Source of the DNA: Azolla caroliniana
Lineage: Eukaryota > Plantae > Polypodiophyta
NCBI GenBank assembly: GCA_043228905.1
Contig: JBHGNT010000003.1
Span: 16,554,001-16,618,000, forward strand
Reading direction: 5' to 3'
Length of the DNA: 64,000 nt
How positions within the stretch are numbered: the stretch's first letter is position 1; the number at the start of each line of letters is the position of its first letter. Below, one piece after another: positions 38,677-51,540 of this stretch. The notes under the pieces are model-generated. The model saw only the letters and a program-made list of their open reading frames with translations. It had not been told where the DNA came from and did not search any database. The translations under genes were made by a program, and so were the position numbers.

Positions 38677-39954
38677 TGTTGATGATCTCTTACTTTGGGA
38701 CTTTAGACTTTCTTAATCGTTGAGGTGTGCATGAACTTAATCAGAATCTTTCAACCAAAGATTGTACAATCGCCGAATTAGATAGATTTTGGTGGCGGTC
38801 ACCTTGTCATAAGTGTCTAACAACGCTTTTCATAATTGGAATGTCGTCGAACATGATTGTATGGTACAGTAAACTGATTCGGATAGGTGCATCTGAATGG
38901 TCACATGCACTATCCAATCTAACTTTTTCCATTCATTTGACTTAACTCTTCTGGAGGATTTTCGTTTTCGATCGGATCAATCTGAGATAGTCTTGCATTT
39001 GTTCCTTCTAGAAGTTATAGTTCAATCCCTCAAACTTCGTGACACTCATCTCTGATGAGCCGGATGTGGACCCCATTCCTGACTCGAGCCGATTGGTCAT
39101 AAAGTTTTGTCGAGAGGTGGCTGCGATCGGTCGGAGGGCGCAACCAACTAGCTGGTTCACCCAAATTTGATCGAGTAGAATTGGACACAAAGTTAGTCGA
39201 TTGGTCGGCCAATTCTGCTCGAAGTAGCTACGGCCGAATGTGGAGTAGAGCTGACAAGTCTATCCCGTTGTGATGCGTAGCCGAATTGAGAAATAATTGT
39301 GTTGATTGGATTATCGATTTGTTTTCGAATACCTATTTGATTTCCAATAACAAAACCGATCCTGCTCCAAGTGACTACAACGAATGAAGAGACATCACCG
39401 AGTGGTCTACCCAAGTTTCACTTAAATCCGGATAGAGCACGAATGGTGTCACCTAGTTCAAGATTCCAGTATGAGTGAATACAAAGAAGGGAGAGAGTAC
39501 ACAGCCGAATGGTGTACTTGAGGTGGGTCTAGTCGAATAGACTGTGAATCCTAGAGATGTCTCTTCTCACAGAACATTAATATGTAGTTGCCAAATAGAA
39601 GATTTCAGTTTGTCTGAAATCTTGGGAGGAACCTTTTCAATGTATAATCAGAGATGTTGAAGTCTTCAAAGAACAAAGCAGAAATGTTGGTGATGGAGCT
39701 AATGAAGACCGACAGCGAAAAGAACCTCTCGCTTTGATACTAGATGTTGTAGATAAGGTCGTGAAAGGCTGAGAAAAACGCTATGATAGATAGCAAAAAC
39801 AAATAAAACGGTGGCTGCAATAGTTCTGCACTATAATACTCAGCAATCAGACAGAGAGGTTTTCTATCTCACCTTTATTTATATAGCGGGAAAAGAAAAC
39901 TATAATATATATAAAGTAAAAAATAAGAGCACAGGCCAGTTTGGCGTTTTCACA
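38677..39954 (-). mobile_element. Copia D 5' fragment, second copy (LTR ~39745-39954)
   Basis: Near-identical to 21984-23242. Confidence 0.8.
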
Positions 39955-40142
39955 CTATGTAGTATGTACATGATGGATGTATCTATGTACATACATATAA
40001 CAATAAATACAGCGAAATATGTACATACAATATGCATAAGAAGCCCTTCTTCTAATACACAAGGTAACGAACAATCGCGACTCCAAAGACAACACACAAT
40101 CCAAAATATGTAGAATTTAGCAGAAGAAGGGCTACTAATTAA

Positions 40143-41400
40143 TTAATAATGGTGAGCAGAGCCTGCATGGTCATGGTCATGGACATGGTCATCAGCATCA
40201 TACATAGTGTCCCGACGGGCGTCAACCGCCTCCACATTGGAAGGCTGGACGTCATACCACTGCCACAATTTGTGAGGCTTTATGAGGTCGCCGTCCTCCA
40301 TGTATCTGCATATGAAGAGCTTCGCACGGGGGATGAGGTGATGTGGCCTTGAATCCACACCAAGTATAGACAGAAGGCTCTGGCGTATGGAATATGGCGT
40401 GCTGTGGAGCCCACGGAATTGGGGCGGCAGATACTGCGCAGCTCGGAAGAATGTGATGTAGGCGGAGCAAATGGGGTCGTGCGTGTTCACGTACAGGCTC
40501 GGCCTCCACGATCTCAGCGACTCAAACCGTTTCCTCTCTTCTTCCACCACCTCTGCCTCTTGCGTCATGGAGCTCAATGCCCGCGACGTGATCTCGTGTA
40601 CAACCCCCACTGTACTGAGAAGCCATATCGGAAGCTTCAGCTTTGAGGATATGGATCCTAATGGCCTCTCGTTTCGTAGGGTCGGGTGTGGTGGATTGAA
40701 GAGATGTGCTTCTATAAGCTTCCCCTTCTCTGCCATGGCACGCCCTACCAGCAATCCTATGGCCGCCCCTTTCGAGTGCCCCGTCACACACACTCTCTCC
40801 CACCCCACCTCTTCTACCGCCCTCTTCACCGCATTCAGCCCCTCTACGAACCGCGGGTTACATTCTAGCCTTCCCAAAAATATCATAAGATCCGCCTGCA
40901 AATCTGCCTTTCTCATCATTGTGCCACGGAACACAATCACTATGGTTGCCGGCCCCGTGGGAGCATGGCCTAGCTTGCTACGGTAAACCGCCCCAAAGAT
41001 AGTAGGGCTACCGGTTTTGGACTGGTGGAGAAGCATCTCCTCCAGCTCGTAATGGAAATGTGTCCACCATATGGCGGTATCGGTGTCCACCTCGGATGGA
41101 ACTAGCTGTCCACCTCTGTGTTTTCGGTCTTCCTCGAGCTTGTACACGCCTTCTACCAAGCACGCCATCGCCGCTTGTCGGTAAAGATTTTCCCTATCCC
41201 TAATTATGACAACTTAATGAAACATTAATAAATAATATGGGTTCAAAGCTACTGAATATTAACAATATATGTAATCACAATCCGTTGATTAATTATGAGC
41301 AAATAATACTTTAATCAACAACTGACCAAATCTGAAGGTTGCTATAGTCAGTGGCGTTGATGTCCTTGAGCTTCTCAAAGCTTTTCCTACCCTTTCCCAT
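40143..41400 (-). CDS. Class 3 lipase / alpha-beta hydrolase, At4g10955-like; exon 1 41400-41327, intron 41326-41200, exon 2 41199-40143; ~376 aa
   Basis: Motifs ACLVEGVY, VIVFRGT, VTGHSKGAAIG (GxSxG), HLFNPP, LYVNTHDPIC, PHKLWQW. Upstream exon MGKGRK...NLQI-TG|GTCAGT joins in frame to TTAG|G-GAT across a 127-nt AT-rich intron. Family assigned from motif recognition only. Confidence 0.9.
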
Positions 41401-41584
41401 GACAGAAGTTTTGAGAAGTTGATGAAACACTTGGTTCCAGAAACCAGAGATGAGCACAATTTGATGGTTTTGAGGTAATCACTCCTGACAATATCAGTAT
41501 TTTACATATAGAATTGCTTATTACATGAGAACTCTCAATCGCTCTCGAAATCAGAGATACCTAGACCTATTATGACCACAAGTC

Positions 41585-41605
41585 AAAGTCTATATAGAAA
41601 GATAG
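41585..41605 (-). promoter_or_regulatory. Candidate TATA box of the lipase-like gene
   Basis: CTATATAG about 190 bp upstream of the ATG; position-based guess. Confidence 0.3.
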
Positions 41606-41807
41606 CATATGTAACTTAGTGGATATTATGTGTCTACGTCAAAGTGGCATTGAAGTGGAGCTGCACTTTGTTGCAACAAACTAATTCGTTAGAATAAATA
41701 AATAGAAAAATAGTAAACATGACAAGAAAAGGTAAACCAACGTTGTGAAAAGGGAGTTTGTGGGGTGCATCTATAACCACCACAGTCCCTAGAAGTTGTC
41801 GGTTAGT

Positions 41808-43330
41808 TGTAGAGAGACAAGATTAAACCATACAAAAGTTTCTTTCTATTTTTATCATAACCTTGGTGGATAAGTTGTTTACATTCGTGACACTAGATTT
41901 TGGGTTCAAAACCCAATTTTCTCATCTCTCTATTTCTCCACATGTATCCTCTTTCATTACTAGATGCCAATGAACAATGTAGGGGTTCATCCCATGACCA
42001 TTTGGTCTCCATGTGCAACCATACAAATTGAGCTACATCCACATGGGCGCTCTCTCTCTCTCTCTCTCTTTCAATTTCATAATTCCTACATGGTATTAGA
42101 GCTCTGAAGGAGCCCAACCCCACCAAGAATCTTGGCGTGGTGTCAACACCAAATGTGTTAATTAAAGAAACAATATTTGACTATGTCAAACGTTGGAGCG
42201 ATAACGAATATGGTAGCAAATGCCACCTAAGTATCGTTTTGCACTCATCACATTGAAAAATTGAATGATAAAAATGATCAACCATGGCGGAATGACTATA
42301 AAAATTATATTAGAACAAAATAAGTTGTTAAATAAGTGGTGTGATTTAAACGCTCTCGTAGAACCCCTCCTTCATATGGAGGACACACATAAGCAAAGTG
42401 TGAGAACCGTGACCATCTCCTAACAAATATGGGATAGATTAGAGGTTGATTACCTTCATACGGACGTTACGTCCCAGGTTTCCAATTTAAAAACTTTAAT
42501 AAATATGAATATGAATGAAAATGATGATGTTGACTCGTTTGTCAACAATTGAAGACTTCGCCTTGATGATGTGATCCTTTTAGGACTTCGTTTGCCAAGT
42601 TCTATTTAAACTGCCCTCTTGTTAGCCGTCCTACCCCCATCATGGCAACCATTTATAAGCACAAAATCCACATCAACCAACATTAGTATCCCAACATTAG
42701 TGGCATCAATCTCACAAGAAAACCTACATCGTAGGGCAATAAATCAATGTCCCTCATCTCACACCGCACTTTATATCAAGCATCCAAAATACAATAAAAA
42801 ATCTTACAATAAACCTAGATCAACATACCAATCTAACAACTCCAAATTTTATTCACGGACCTCTAAATTTCATGATTCAAGAGATCATAACAAATCTAGG
42901 TTCCTTGAATCGTTTTGCACAAATTGTCAAAGGAGTGGACATGAAACAAAAGATTGTTCTAGGAATTCTAATAACAAAGGGGAAAGAGCACATAAACAAG
43001 AGCACTTTGACAATGCATCACATAATGACTATGATCAAAATAATGACATATGTCATAGTGACCAAAATTTTGATGAGGACAATGAAGATTCATTTCATTG
43101 CCTTTATGGCCCTCTCTTCATTTAACCAATCTCCCACTTCAATGTAGATTCTTGATACATGTGCCACATGACACCTCACCTCAAGGGTTGAATGACTCAA
43201 AGACTATAAGCCCTTAGAACATCCATTCCCCATGAGATTTGGGAACAATGAGGTTGAATATGCCCTTGGACATGGGATTGCCCATCTTGAACTTTCTGAT
43301 GGAAAATTCATTGAAGTCAATGAATTTTAT
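41808..43330 (+). mobile_element. Old Ty1/copia E 5' part (LTR 41808-42090, PBS 42091-42102, decayed gag/protease)
   Basis: TGTAG...CTACA then TGGTATTAGAGC; LPPSWQPF, CTNCQRSGHETKDC, degenerate ILDT-AT-HMT. Confidence 0.82.
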
Positions 43331-44789
43331 TGTTAGGTGTGTATAGGAGTGTAAGACACACACAACAAGTACAAACATAACACTCACAGAGAGAAGACAA
43401 TGGCAGGAATAACTCTCTCTATTGATAAATAATGCTAAAACTGAAGTCAGAGCTGAAATTATATATCCCTAGGGATTTATTTCAGCTCACACAAGTACAA
43501 ACACAACACTCACACAAAGAAGACAATGGTTGGAATACCTCTCTCTATTGATGAATAATGCTAAAACTGAAGTAAGAGTTGAAATATATCCCTAAGAGCT
43601 GAATCATGTATGTGGTAACATGGGGAAAAAACCTGTACCCAACACTAGAGTAAAAAGTGCCCATCTATAGAGAAAAGGTTCACATCAAAGGTACTCAAGG
43701 AACACATAAGTGTAACAAACCCCCGTGGAGTGAATGATGTGAACACATATAGGGAGTGACAAATCAACCCCCACAAGGCAATAAGCTTAAAGCTTTGCGA
43801 AAAGCTTCAAACATTATGTGTCATGACATAGTGACATAAAAAAACATTATCAGTGAGGATTGAACTTACAACCTCACTCAAGCTATCTGTTAATGACTGG
43901 TGTTGAATCCCCCTGAAACGGACCAAGGAGGTTACAAGTATTTATTCTATGAGCTGAAGTACATGCATTAAAATATTCTAGAGAATAGTTTGGAAAGTAT
44001 TCTAGACCCCTGTAGAACCTTTTAGTTCTAGAACTATCAAGAGTATATGACTAAAGAATATTTATACATATAATACATAAGTAAATGCTTATATCAAAAT
44101 GGTTGAGCATGATATCTTCTTGAGTGAGGTTGCAAGTTCAATCCCTGCTAACCATATGTTTTTATGTCACTGTGTCATGAAAATTTGTCTACACACATTA
44201 TCTGGTGTAGGGACATATACCAAATCAATAACTCTTGCATGAAGGCGCTATCTCACATAGTGAATAATGCACCTCAATATGTTTGGTCCGTGCAGGAAAT
44301 ACAAGGTGTCTTGCAATAAACAATGCACTCTGACTATTTGTGAGAATATGCGTAGCAACATCAATCTCCATGCAAAGATCCATCAAAAGGCATCTCAGCC
44401 ATATACACTCCACTATAGTTGTGAAAACTGCCATGTGTACTCAACTTCACAACTCGATGCCGCCACTATAGGTTGCTTTTTATTCAACCAAGATATACTT
44501 GAGTCTCCATGGAAAAAGCAATTACCACTAGTGGACACACGAGTATCATAACAACCAACCCAATCACTATCTGTAAAAGCATGTAAGCATTGTTGAGTAT
44601 CTCTGCCATAAAAGAGATCTAAGCTCAAAGTGCCTCTTAGACATCTAAACACATGTTTCATTGCTTGCCAATTGTTAGTGCCAGGGCTATGCATACAACG
44701 ATTCAATTGGGGAACAACATACATACTATATATATGTCCTTGTATTGCCTACATATATAAGACATCCCACATCTTGCTGATAAAGAGAA
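43331..44789 (-). mobile_element. Ty1/copia F 3' part (RT end, RNase H, 3' LTR ~43331-43717 with an internal ~120-bp duplication)
   Basis: FTDSDWVGCYDTRVSTSG, SSCEVEY, RTKHIEVHY; minus-strand GGGGG-TT then TGTTA...TAACA. Confidence 0.82.
43819..44182. mobile_element. ~360-bp insert with ~60-bp imperfect terminal inverted repeats (MITE-like)
   Basis: 43821-43882 is the reverse complement of 44119-44180; interrupts the copia F RNase H end; no clean TSD. Confidence 0.65.
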
Positions 44790-45073
44790 TATTGAGTGAG
44801 CAAGTTCAACATGATCCGGATCAGCTGAACAAGCCAACAACCGGATTAGTGTCCGGATCAGACTATAATTGGTAGGCCGTTAGAGGCCTACGATCCTAGC
44901 CTAGTACATAGGCATATACTTGGGAGTCAATGACAGTCTCTTGGTTCAAGCATTGAAGTTTATGTCAGTACTTATGTCAGTCCTTTTATGCACTTGTATA
45001 AAAGTGCTCACTGAGCACATTATATGTACACAGAGTCTTTGAGTATTTTTGAAATTGAGTTTTTATTGTTTTG

Positions 45074-45106
<33 letters not shown>

Positions 45107-45405
45107 TCTCTCTCTCTGTATTGTGTGAAGTTTTCTATTAAACTTGTGTATATTTTCTATTGCTATCCGGTGAATTTGGTTTCGTCTACAAGCTTCTGCA
45201 CACAATTCTTTTCATGGTATTAGAGCATGAGGGTTGAGAACCTTTGCTGTCGACAAGCAATTTCCATAGACGAACCCTAACTTCCCGAAAAAGAACAGAC
45301 AAAAGAAATAAATGGACAGAAGCATAGGAAGCTCACTTTTGACAAAGAAGCTTGACAGAACCAACTATGCATCTTGGTCGTACAAGATGCACTAGTACCT
45401 GCTCG
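44790..45405 (+). mobile_element. Copia B-related 5' LTR (~44790-45214), PBS and gag start
   Basis: Uninterrupted version of the LTR split at 8858/3386; TGGTATTAGAGC; LDRTNYASWSYKMH. Confidence 0.82.
45074..45117. repeat. Compound microsatellite (CT)n(CA)n(CT)n
   Basis: Directly visible. Confidence 0.9.
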
Positions 45406-45594
45406 TGACAGGAACTACACGCTCCCAATGAACAACGCTCGGCCACAACCGAGCTTAGGATCAAACACAGAAAATGGGGAATGAAAGCACGACACAATGG
45501 AGAGAGGAGTACACAGGATGTTTACGTGGAAAACCCAAACACAGGAAAAACCACGGCAGTCCACTGACTGCTAACTATCACTATGTAACAATGT

Positions 45595-46049
45595 TGTTAC
45601 GGGCATGACCATATAATATCCCGTGGTAAGAATTTACCGTAGTATTCTATACACGTGGATAAGTGTGAGGGTTAAATGAGAGTGTAAAGAAGGGGAGGAT
45701 TACTTTTAATCCTCGGGATTGAGACAACCCATTAGGTCAAGTGTGAACTTGCCTGGGGGCCTTGGGTTTCGCTATAAATAAGAGGCCTAGCTACCCTCAT
45801 TTGATCATCTTTTGACTACATCGAGACTCTGCTCGTGTGGTGGGTCAACTCTTGTAGCGAGCGCGCCAGCACCAGGTACGACTCGACGCCACGGCGGTGG
45901 TATGGGACGCCGATCGAGGCTCGAGTCCGTCTCGATCCCTTCGCTCGGGGGTGGTCGGGTGGATTGGCACCCTTCTTTCTCTTTCTCCTTTCTATCTATC
46001 TTTTCATTATCCTTATCTTAAGCTTACATTAGTACTATGATCTATAATA
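45595..46049 (+). repeat. 5' LTR of gypsy A (TGTTA...TAATA)
   Basis: Direct repeat of 52528-52982. Confidence 0.96.
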
Positions 46050-46557
46050 TTTGGTATCAGATTTTTGTACTAATGTTTCTTTGTTTTTCATTTGTCTTTT
46101 GATTGATGCTGATCGATCGTTGTGCGGTTGGCCTTGATCCAGACAACGATCAACAAAGAACTTCGGTAACTCTTTCCAGAATTTTTCTTTCTATTCTCTC
46201 TTCTCCCATCTAATCATGTGTTTAGTTTATATGTAATTTTTTTCATTAAGTCAATGATGTTGTAGTGGTCTTTAATTGATTATCTAAAACGTTTACATAT
46301 GTGCACGAGGTCAATACCTCGTTTGACATGTTAATAATATGTGATGAGTGTCGTATGCGTACGAGGTTAATACCTCAATTACGTATTACGTTCACGAACA
46401 TATGTTACGTTTGCGTATGAGTTTAATACCTTGATTTGTTGTAAACGATATGCATTTGGTCTCGTATGCGTAAGAGGTCAATACCTCCATTGCGTATTAC
46501 GATGATCTCTTATTTGTGGATGTTTCGTGTGCGTAGAGGTATATACCTCGATTACGT

Positions 46558-46951
46558 TGTCGTGCCTTTCGGCTCCGGATCGTTTGCTTTTCTAATCCTT
46601 GCTTTTATTTGCTAAATATAGTGCTCATACACGCTAGATGTGCATGAGTCACTTTTTAGTCGCTTGCGTTTTTCTATAAAATATTCACGCACTCTAAAAA
46701 TACACGATTTACCTTTTAATAAAGGTAGGCGCAAATAAAGCACTTATAGTTATTAAATCTATTTATAGAACACTAAAGATAAGGTAGCATAATGGTAAAG
46801 TTGAGGTTTGGCTACGTGGAGGTACAGGGTTCAAATCCTGCCCTATGCACGTGATAAATATCTTGATATATTATTTTATTTATTTATATGTAATTAAATC
46901 GGTTATATTATTTTTTACTTTTTCACGTAGTGTACGAAATACACTACGACA
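46558..46951. mobile_element. 394-bp solo-LTR-like element (TGTCGT...ACGACA) with 4-bp TSD ACGT and tRNA-like A/B boxes
   Basis: ACGT at 46554-46557 and 46952-46955; a single ACGT at the homologous empty sites (~2420 and ~55258, minus strand). Confidence 0.85.
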
Positions 46952-48135
46952 ACGTATCTCGATCACATCATTTGTGGCTATTTACTATAACGATATGTTT
47001 AATATAGGCATATGTGGTCACATATATACGTATTTGATCGTATATATGTGATAAGTAAACATATGTGTATATTCGTTATTACGTGATTATATCGAAAGTT
47101 GTCATGGTCGGGAAAAGGATGTTGGTGGCCGTCCTTACATTTTTGTGAGAATGGCGTTGTCACCATCCCTTTTTCAACATTTTTTTATTGTTGATAACCC
47201 CGTTGACGACCTCGATTTCGTTACGTAAAGAAACGCCAATAGCCAAAATGATGTTGAGTACGTAGGGCTTGACCCACTTCAAGTGAGGTCGCTCCAATGA
47301 CGCGCGTATCCAACATCCCTCCCTCGTTACATGGATACGATGCCACCATGAGCTCGTTCTTACGAGAGGCATTCGTAATGACGTGACCATGTGATGGCCC
47401 ACGTGAGCCTACTACGAAACAAGGGCTCATTTGGCTTGACCATTAGGTTGCACTTTGGCGTATGCCATCGTAATTACGAGACTTGAGGTTAGGTAACGTA
47501 CCAACATAGTTTTGGTAAATGAGGGCGAAATAAGGACCCTTCACATATATGTTCTTTTAAAAAAACATATATGATCAATTGCCTCGCATATCTCTTATAC
47601 ACATCAAACATTAAGCATTCGAGAAGAGCAACTTACTTGGTTGGCTCAAGTGTTTAATGTATTTGTTCTCGAGGTCTCGAGTTCAAATATGTCCAAGACC
47701 ATACAACATCCTTGATACATATGACTATAACACATGTTTAGACTTAAGGTCTAAGTGCACCTCGGGGTCCTCGTAATAGGACTTAAAGAGCCGAAACCAC
47801 TTATGTGGGCACCGAAACATAGTTTATTGTTAACATTTTTTTCGTGTATAAACTATTCATGACGCGAACATACATGGTTGAGCCTCGGGGAGCCACCATG
47901 AGAAAATCGATATAGAGATCAGGGAAAGACATTTATTTGTCACCCCCATGGTTTTTAAAACACCTTTGTGTTACCATAGAAACCTGATCTTGAACCTCAT
48001 CTCATACGTCTAGAGGGGTATTGACGTGAGATAATGATATCGATTAATGCTCGCCCATGATATGTTTACATCACGACATGATGTTATGACTATATCTCTG
48101 ACCTTATCCTATTTCTTTTCCAGAAATAATCTTTA

Positions 48136-51100
48136 ATGGCTCAAATTAACGACCCGATGTCATCCGCTCAAGCGGAAGGAACTCAAGGGAATCCTCCTGG
48201 ACAAATGTCCACTGAGATGTATTTGGCACAAATAACCCAATACCTTAGTTTCACCGCTCAACAGATGACCGAACTTCGGCAATCTCAGAGTGCTCTTGAG
48301 GCACGTGTCATTAGTCTACAACGTGAGACTAATAGACCTGATGAGCGACAAGGTGAACCATCATTTGTCGTTAAGCCATTTACGAGAGACAAAAAGGAAA
48401 GAACCGAAGAAGCAATCTGCACATGGCTGGGACGATGGGAGTCTCATTTTGAGCTCTATCCCACGCCAGATAGTACGAAGATTGCATATGTCGGCCGAGA
48501 ACTCGGGGGTAAGGCCGCCGCCTGGTGGCGTGGGCTCCGTACTATGGGGAAATTGCCCGATACCTGGACAGATTTTGTCACGGTTTTTAAGGGCCAATTT
48601 CTGCAACCTCCCTCTCGAACCGAGGCAGCACAAGCTTTAATGAACCTCTCTAGCAGGAAATTTTCCTCGCTAGAAGACTATGTTCACCATGCTAGAACCC
48701 AAATCCAAAAATCGGGTCTAGAAGGGGACAATTGGTTGATAGCTTGTTTTGTCAATGGCATCCCCAATTCGGACTATCACTGGATAGTGCACGATAAGGA
48801 TCCAAAATCCTTCGAAGAGGCCGCTGAAATAGTTCTTCGCTATCAACGCACTTCGAAGAAGGACCATAACAAACCCAACGAAGCGCCCGGGACTAAGCAG
48901 TCGCAATTTGTTGGGAAACGCAAGACACCCAACGAATTCCTGGATCGCGATTGTAAGCGACAACATCCTTTTTGTGTATTCTGCAAAAAGAAGGGTCATA
49001 CAAAAGATCAATGTCGAAAGCTCCAACGGAAAGAGCACGACAACAAAGCTAAAGCTGCAGACCATAAAGGTCAGATTCCTAATGTCCTTCAGGTCTATAC
49101 ACATCATTTAAGTAATTGTCAATGTTCTTTCCCTCTCTATGTATTGGGTCCCAATGATTTACTACGTGCAAACGAGTATATCAATGGATCTCCCGTACAA
49201 TTTTTATTTGATTCGGGAAGCTCACACAATTTTGTGAATGATCGTTTGGTTCAGATATGGGGAATCCAACCCACCGTAAGTGATCACACCTACAAGGTGC
49301 ACTTGGCTGATGGAAGAGTACAATACATCAACGGGGCGATTCATTCATTAGGAATTTCTATTGATACTTATATAGAGGAAGTAGACTTCCATGTAATGAA
49401 TCTTTGTACCACCGATGTAATACTGGGTTATCCCTGGTTTTATAATAAAAACTCTTCTTTATTTATTGATTGGGTTCATCATTCCATTTCTTTTGTACTG
49501 AACGATTGTACGCATTTTATTCAATGTGTAAAAAAACAATCCCTCTCGATTGTTTCCTCGTGTCCATCAATATCCGAGTTGTCTTGTTCTACGTTATTTT
49601 ATTGTGTACTTGATCCGGACATTCACGTTTACAATATCGATAATGTCCCGATTCAATTAACATATTTTGAACAACAACAACTTGATGAAATCTTAAATGA
49701 TTTTCATGATGTTTTTCCAAGTGAACTACCTGATGGGTTACCTCCTAAACGTAATATAGACCATCGTATAGATATTGTAGCTGGTGTTGCACCAATAAGT
49801 ATACCTCCGTATCGCTTAAGTCGATCCGAAGAAGATGAGGTATCTAAGCAACTCAAGGACTATTTACGAATGGGTTATATACGTTATAGTAAATCTCCAT
49901 GGGGTGCACCAGTTCTCTTGGTTAAAAAGAAAGAGGGCACATGGCGTATGTGTATTAATTACCGACGCTTGAATAAAGTGACGATCAAGAATTCGTATCC
50001 ATTGCCCCGGGCTGACGACCTAATTGACCGTCTCCAGGGAGCTCGGTATTTTACGAAACTTGATCTCCGTACTGGCTACCATCAAATAAGAATAAGTGAG
50101 GACGATGTTCCTAAAACGGCATTTCGTACACGCTATGGCCATTACGAGTTTTTGGTTATGCCTTTTGGTTTGACCAATGCTCCGGCTACTTTTCAACAAG
50201 AAATGAATGACATTTTCCGAGAACAACTTGGAAAATTTGTCGTTATTTTCTTGGATGATATTTTAGTTTATAGCCGTACATTACAAGAACATGCTAGACA
50301 TGTCCACTTTGTTTTACAAACATTGCGTGACAAACAGTTTTATGCGAAGATCTCAAAATGTGAGTTCTTCAAGAAATCAATTACTTATCTAGGACATCTC
50401 ATAACCGAACGAGGAGTTGAAATTGATCCTTCTCGCATTGAGAAAATCAAGCTTTGGCCCACTCTTCGAAATATTCGAGAAGTTCGATCATTCCTTGGTT
50501 TTGTGGGGTTTTTGCGAAAGTCTCTTCGTAATTACTCCCAATTGACGATGCCGTTTACTGATCTTTTAAAAGGTCAAACGCGTAAGTCTACAAAACCTAT
50601 TGTGTGGAATGCTACACTAGACCTTGCATTTAAGGAACTCAAGGACCTAGTTTGCAAGGCTCCTTCACTTCTTTTACCTGATCCTTCAAAACCTTTTGAG
50701 GTTGAAACCGATGCAAGCGATTATGCTATAGGTGCTGTCTTGTATCAAGATGGTAAACCAATAGCATTCGAGAGTAAGAAACTTGATTCTGCTCAATGTC
50801 GGTATACCGTTCAAGAAAAGGAATTATTTGCAGTTATACATGCGCTCAAAACATGGCGCCATTATCTTTATGGAAATCACTTTGTGGTAACTACGGACCA
50901 CGAGTCCTTGAAATATTTTTGTGACCAACAAGACCTGAAAGGTCGTAAGGAACGATGGGCTGATCTCATCCAGGACTTTGATTTTTCCATACGATATCGT
51001 AAAGGTTCCATGAACATTGTTGCTCATGCACTAGGTCGCATCCGTGAAGTTAACACGCTTAGCTTCACTGAAATATCATCAGATCTTTATGATCACCTTC

Positions 51101-51540
51101 GAGGAAAGTATCCTGATGACAGTTATTTCGCAAAATACTGGGCTAGAGTTGAGTCTGGAACAGACACCACCACATCCTTGAAGGAATACTTCCACATTGC
51201 TAACGGTTTGCTCTACCGTAATGGGAAGGTTTGTGTTCCAGATTTACCCGAGGTCAAAAAGAGGATTCTTTTTGAATGCCATGATGCACCCTCAGCAGGG
51301 CACCCTGGAATACATCGTACACTCGTTCTCATCTCCACTCAATTTTATTGGCCTAAGATACGTCCTGACGTACATAGCTATGTGACTAAATGTCACCAGT
51401 GTCAGGTTAACAAAGCCGAGCGACTTAAAGCTTGGACATTCCCAATAATAAGTGGGAAAGTATATCCATGGATTTTATTGTTAGCCTTCCTCGCACCCAA
51501 AAAGGTCATGATGCCATCTGGGTTGTCGTTGATCGACTAA
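48136..51540 (+). CDS. pol: gypsy A Gag-Pol (gag, CCHC, protease, RT, RNase H, integrase HHCC), frameshifted at ~51430
   Basis: [43 protein letters not shown]...EKELFA; 19-nt deletion relative to the copy at ~11047-11065. Confidence 0.93.
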   Translation: MAQINDPMSSAQAEGTQGNPPGQMSTEMYLAQITQYLSFTAQQMTELRQSQSALEARVISLQRETNRPDERQGEPSFVVKPFTRDKKERTEEAICTWLGRWESHFELYPTPDSTKIAYVGRELGGKAAAWWRGLRTMGKLPDTWTDFVTVFKGQFLQPPSRTEAAQALMNLSSRKFSSLEDYVHHARTQIQKSGLEGDNWLIACFVNGIPNSDYHWIVHDKDPKSFEEAAEIVLRYQRTSKKDHNKPNEAPGTKQSQFVGKRKTPNEFLDRDCKRQHPFCVFCKKKGHTKDQCRKLQRKEHDNKAKAADHKGQIPNVLQVYTHHLSNCQCSFPLYVLGPNDLLRANEYINGSPVQFLFDSGSSHNFVNDRLVQIWGIQPTVSDHTYKVHLADGRVQYINGAIHSLGISIDTYIEEVDFHVMNLCTTDVILGYPWFYNKNSSLFIDWVHHSISFVLNDCTHFIQCVKKQSLSIVSSCPSISELSCSTLFYCVLDPDIHVYNIDNVPIQLTYFEQQQLDEILNDFHDVFPSELPDGLPPKRNIDHRIDIVAGVAPISIPPYRLSRSEEDEVSKQLKDYLRMGYIRYSKSPWGAPVLLVKKKEGTWRMCINYRRLNKVTIKNSYPLPRADDLIDRLQGARYFTKLDLRTGYHQIRISEDDVPKTAFRTRYGHYEFLVMPFGLTNAPATFQQEMNDIFREQLGKFVVIFLDDILVYSRTLQEHARHVHFVLQTLRDKQFYAKISKCEFFKKSITYLGHLITERGVEIDPSRIEKIKLWPTLRNIREVRSFLGFVGFLRKSLRNYSQLTMPFTDLLKGQTRKSTKPIVWNATLDLAFKELKDLVCKAPSLLLPDPSKPFEVETDASDYAIGAVLYQDGKPIAFESKKLDSAQCRYTVQEKELFAVIHALKTWRHYLYGNHFVVTTDHESLKYFCDQQDLKGRKERWADLIQDFDFSIRYRKGSMNIVAHALGRIREVNTLSFTEISSDLYDHLRGKYPDDSYFAKYWARVESGTDTTTSLKEYFHIANGLLYRNGKVCVPDLPEVKKRILFECHDAPSAGHPGIHRTLVLISTQFYWPKIRPDVHSYVTKCHQCQVNKAERLKAWTFPIISGKVYPWILLLAFLAPKKVMMPSGLSLID

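Noticed and set aside
40149-40986. Plus-strand ORFs overlapping the lipase
   Set aside because: Antisense shadows of a GC-rich coding exon.
46776-46850. tRNA gene
   Set aside because: A/B boxes and T-arm are present, but no convincing acceptor or anticodon stem; reported as a tRNA-derived module instead.
46925-46951. Helitron 3' hairpin
   Set aside because: The element has TG...CA ends and a TSD, and lacks TC...CTRR termini.
51420-51445. Programmed frameshift in gypsy A pol
   Set aside because: Explained by a 19-nt deletion relative to the copy at ~11047-11065.
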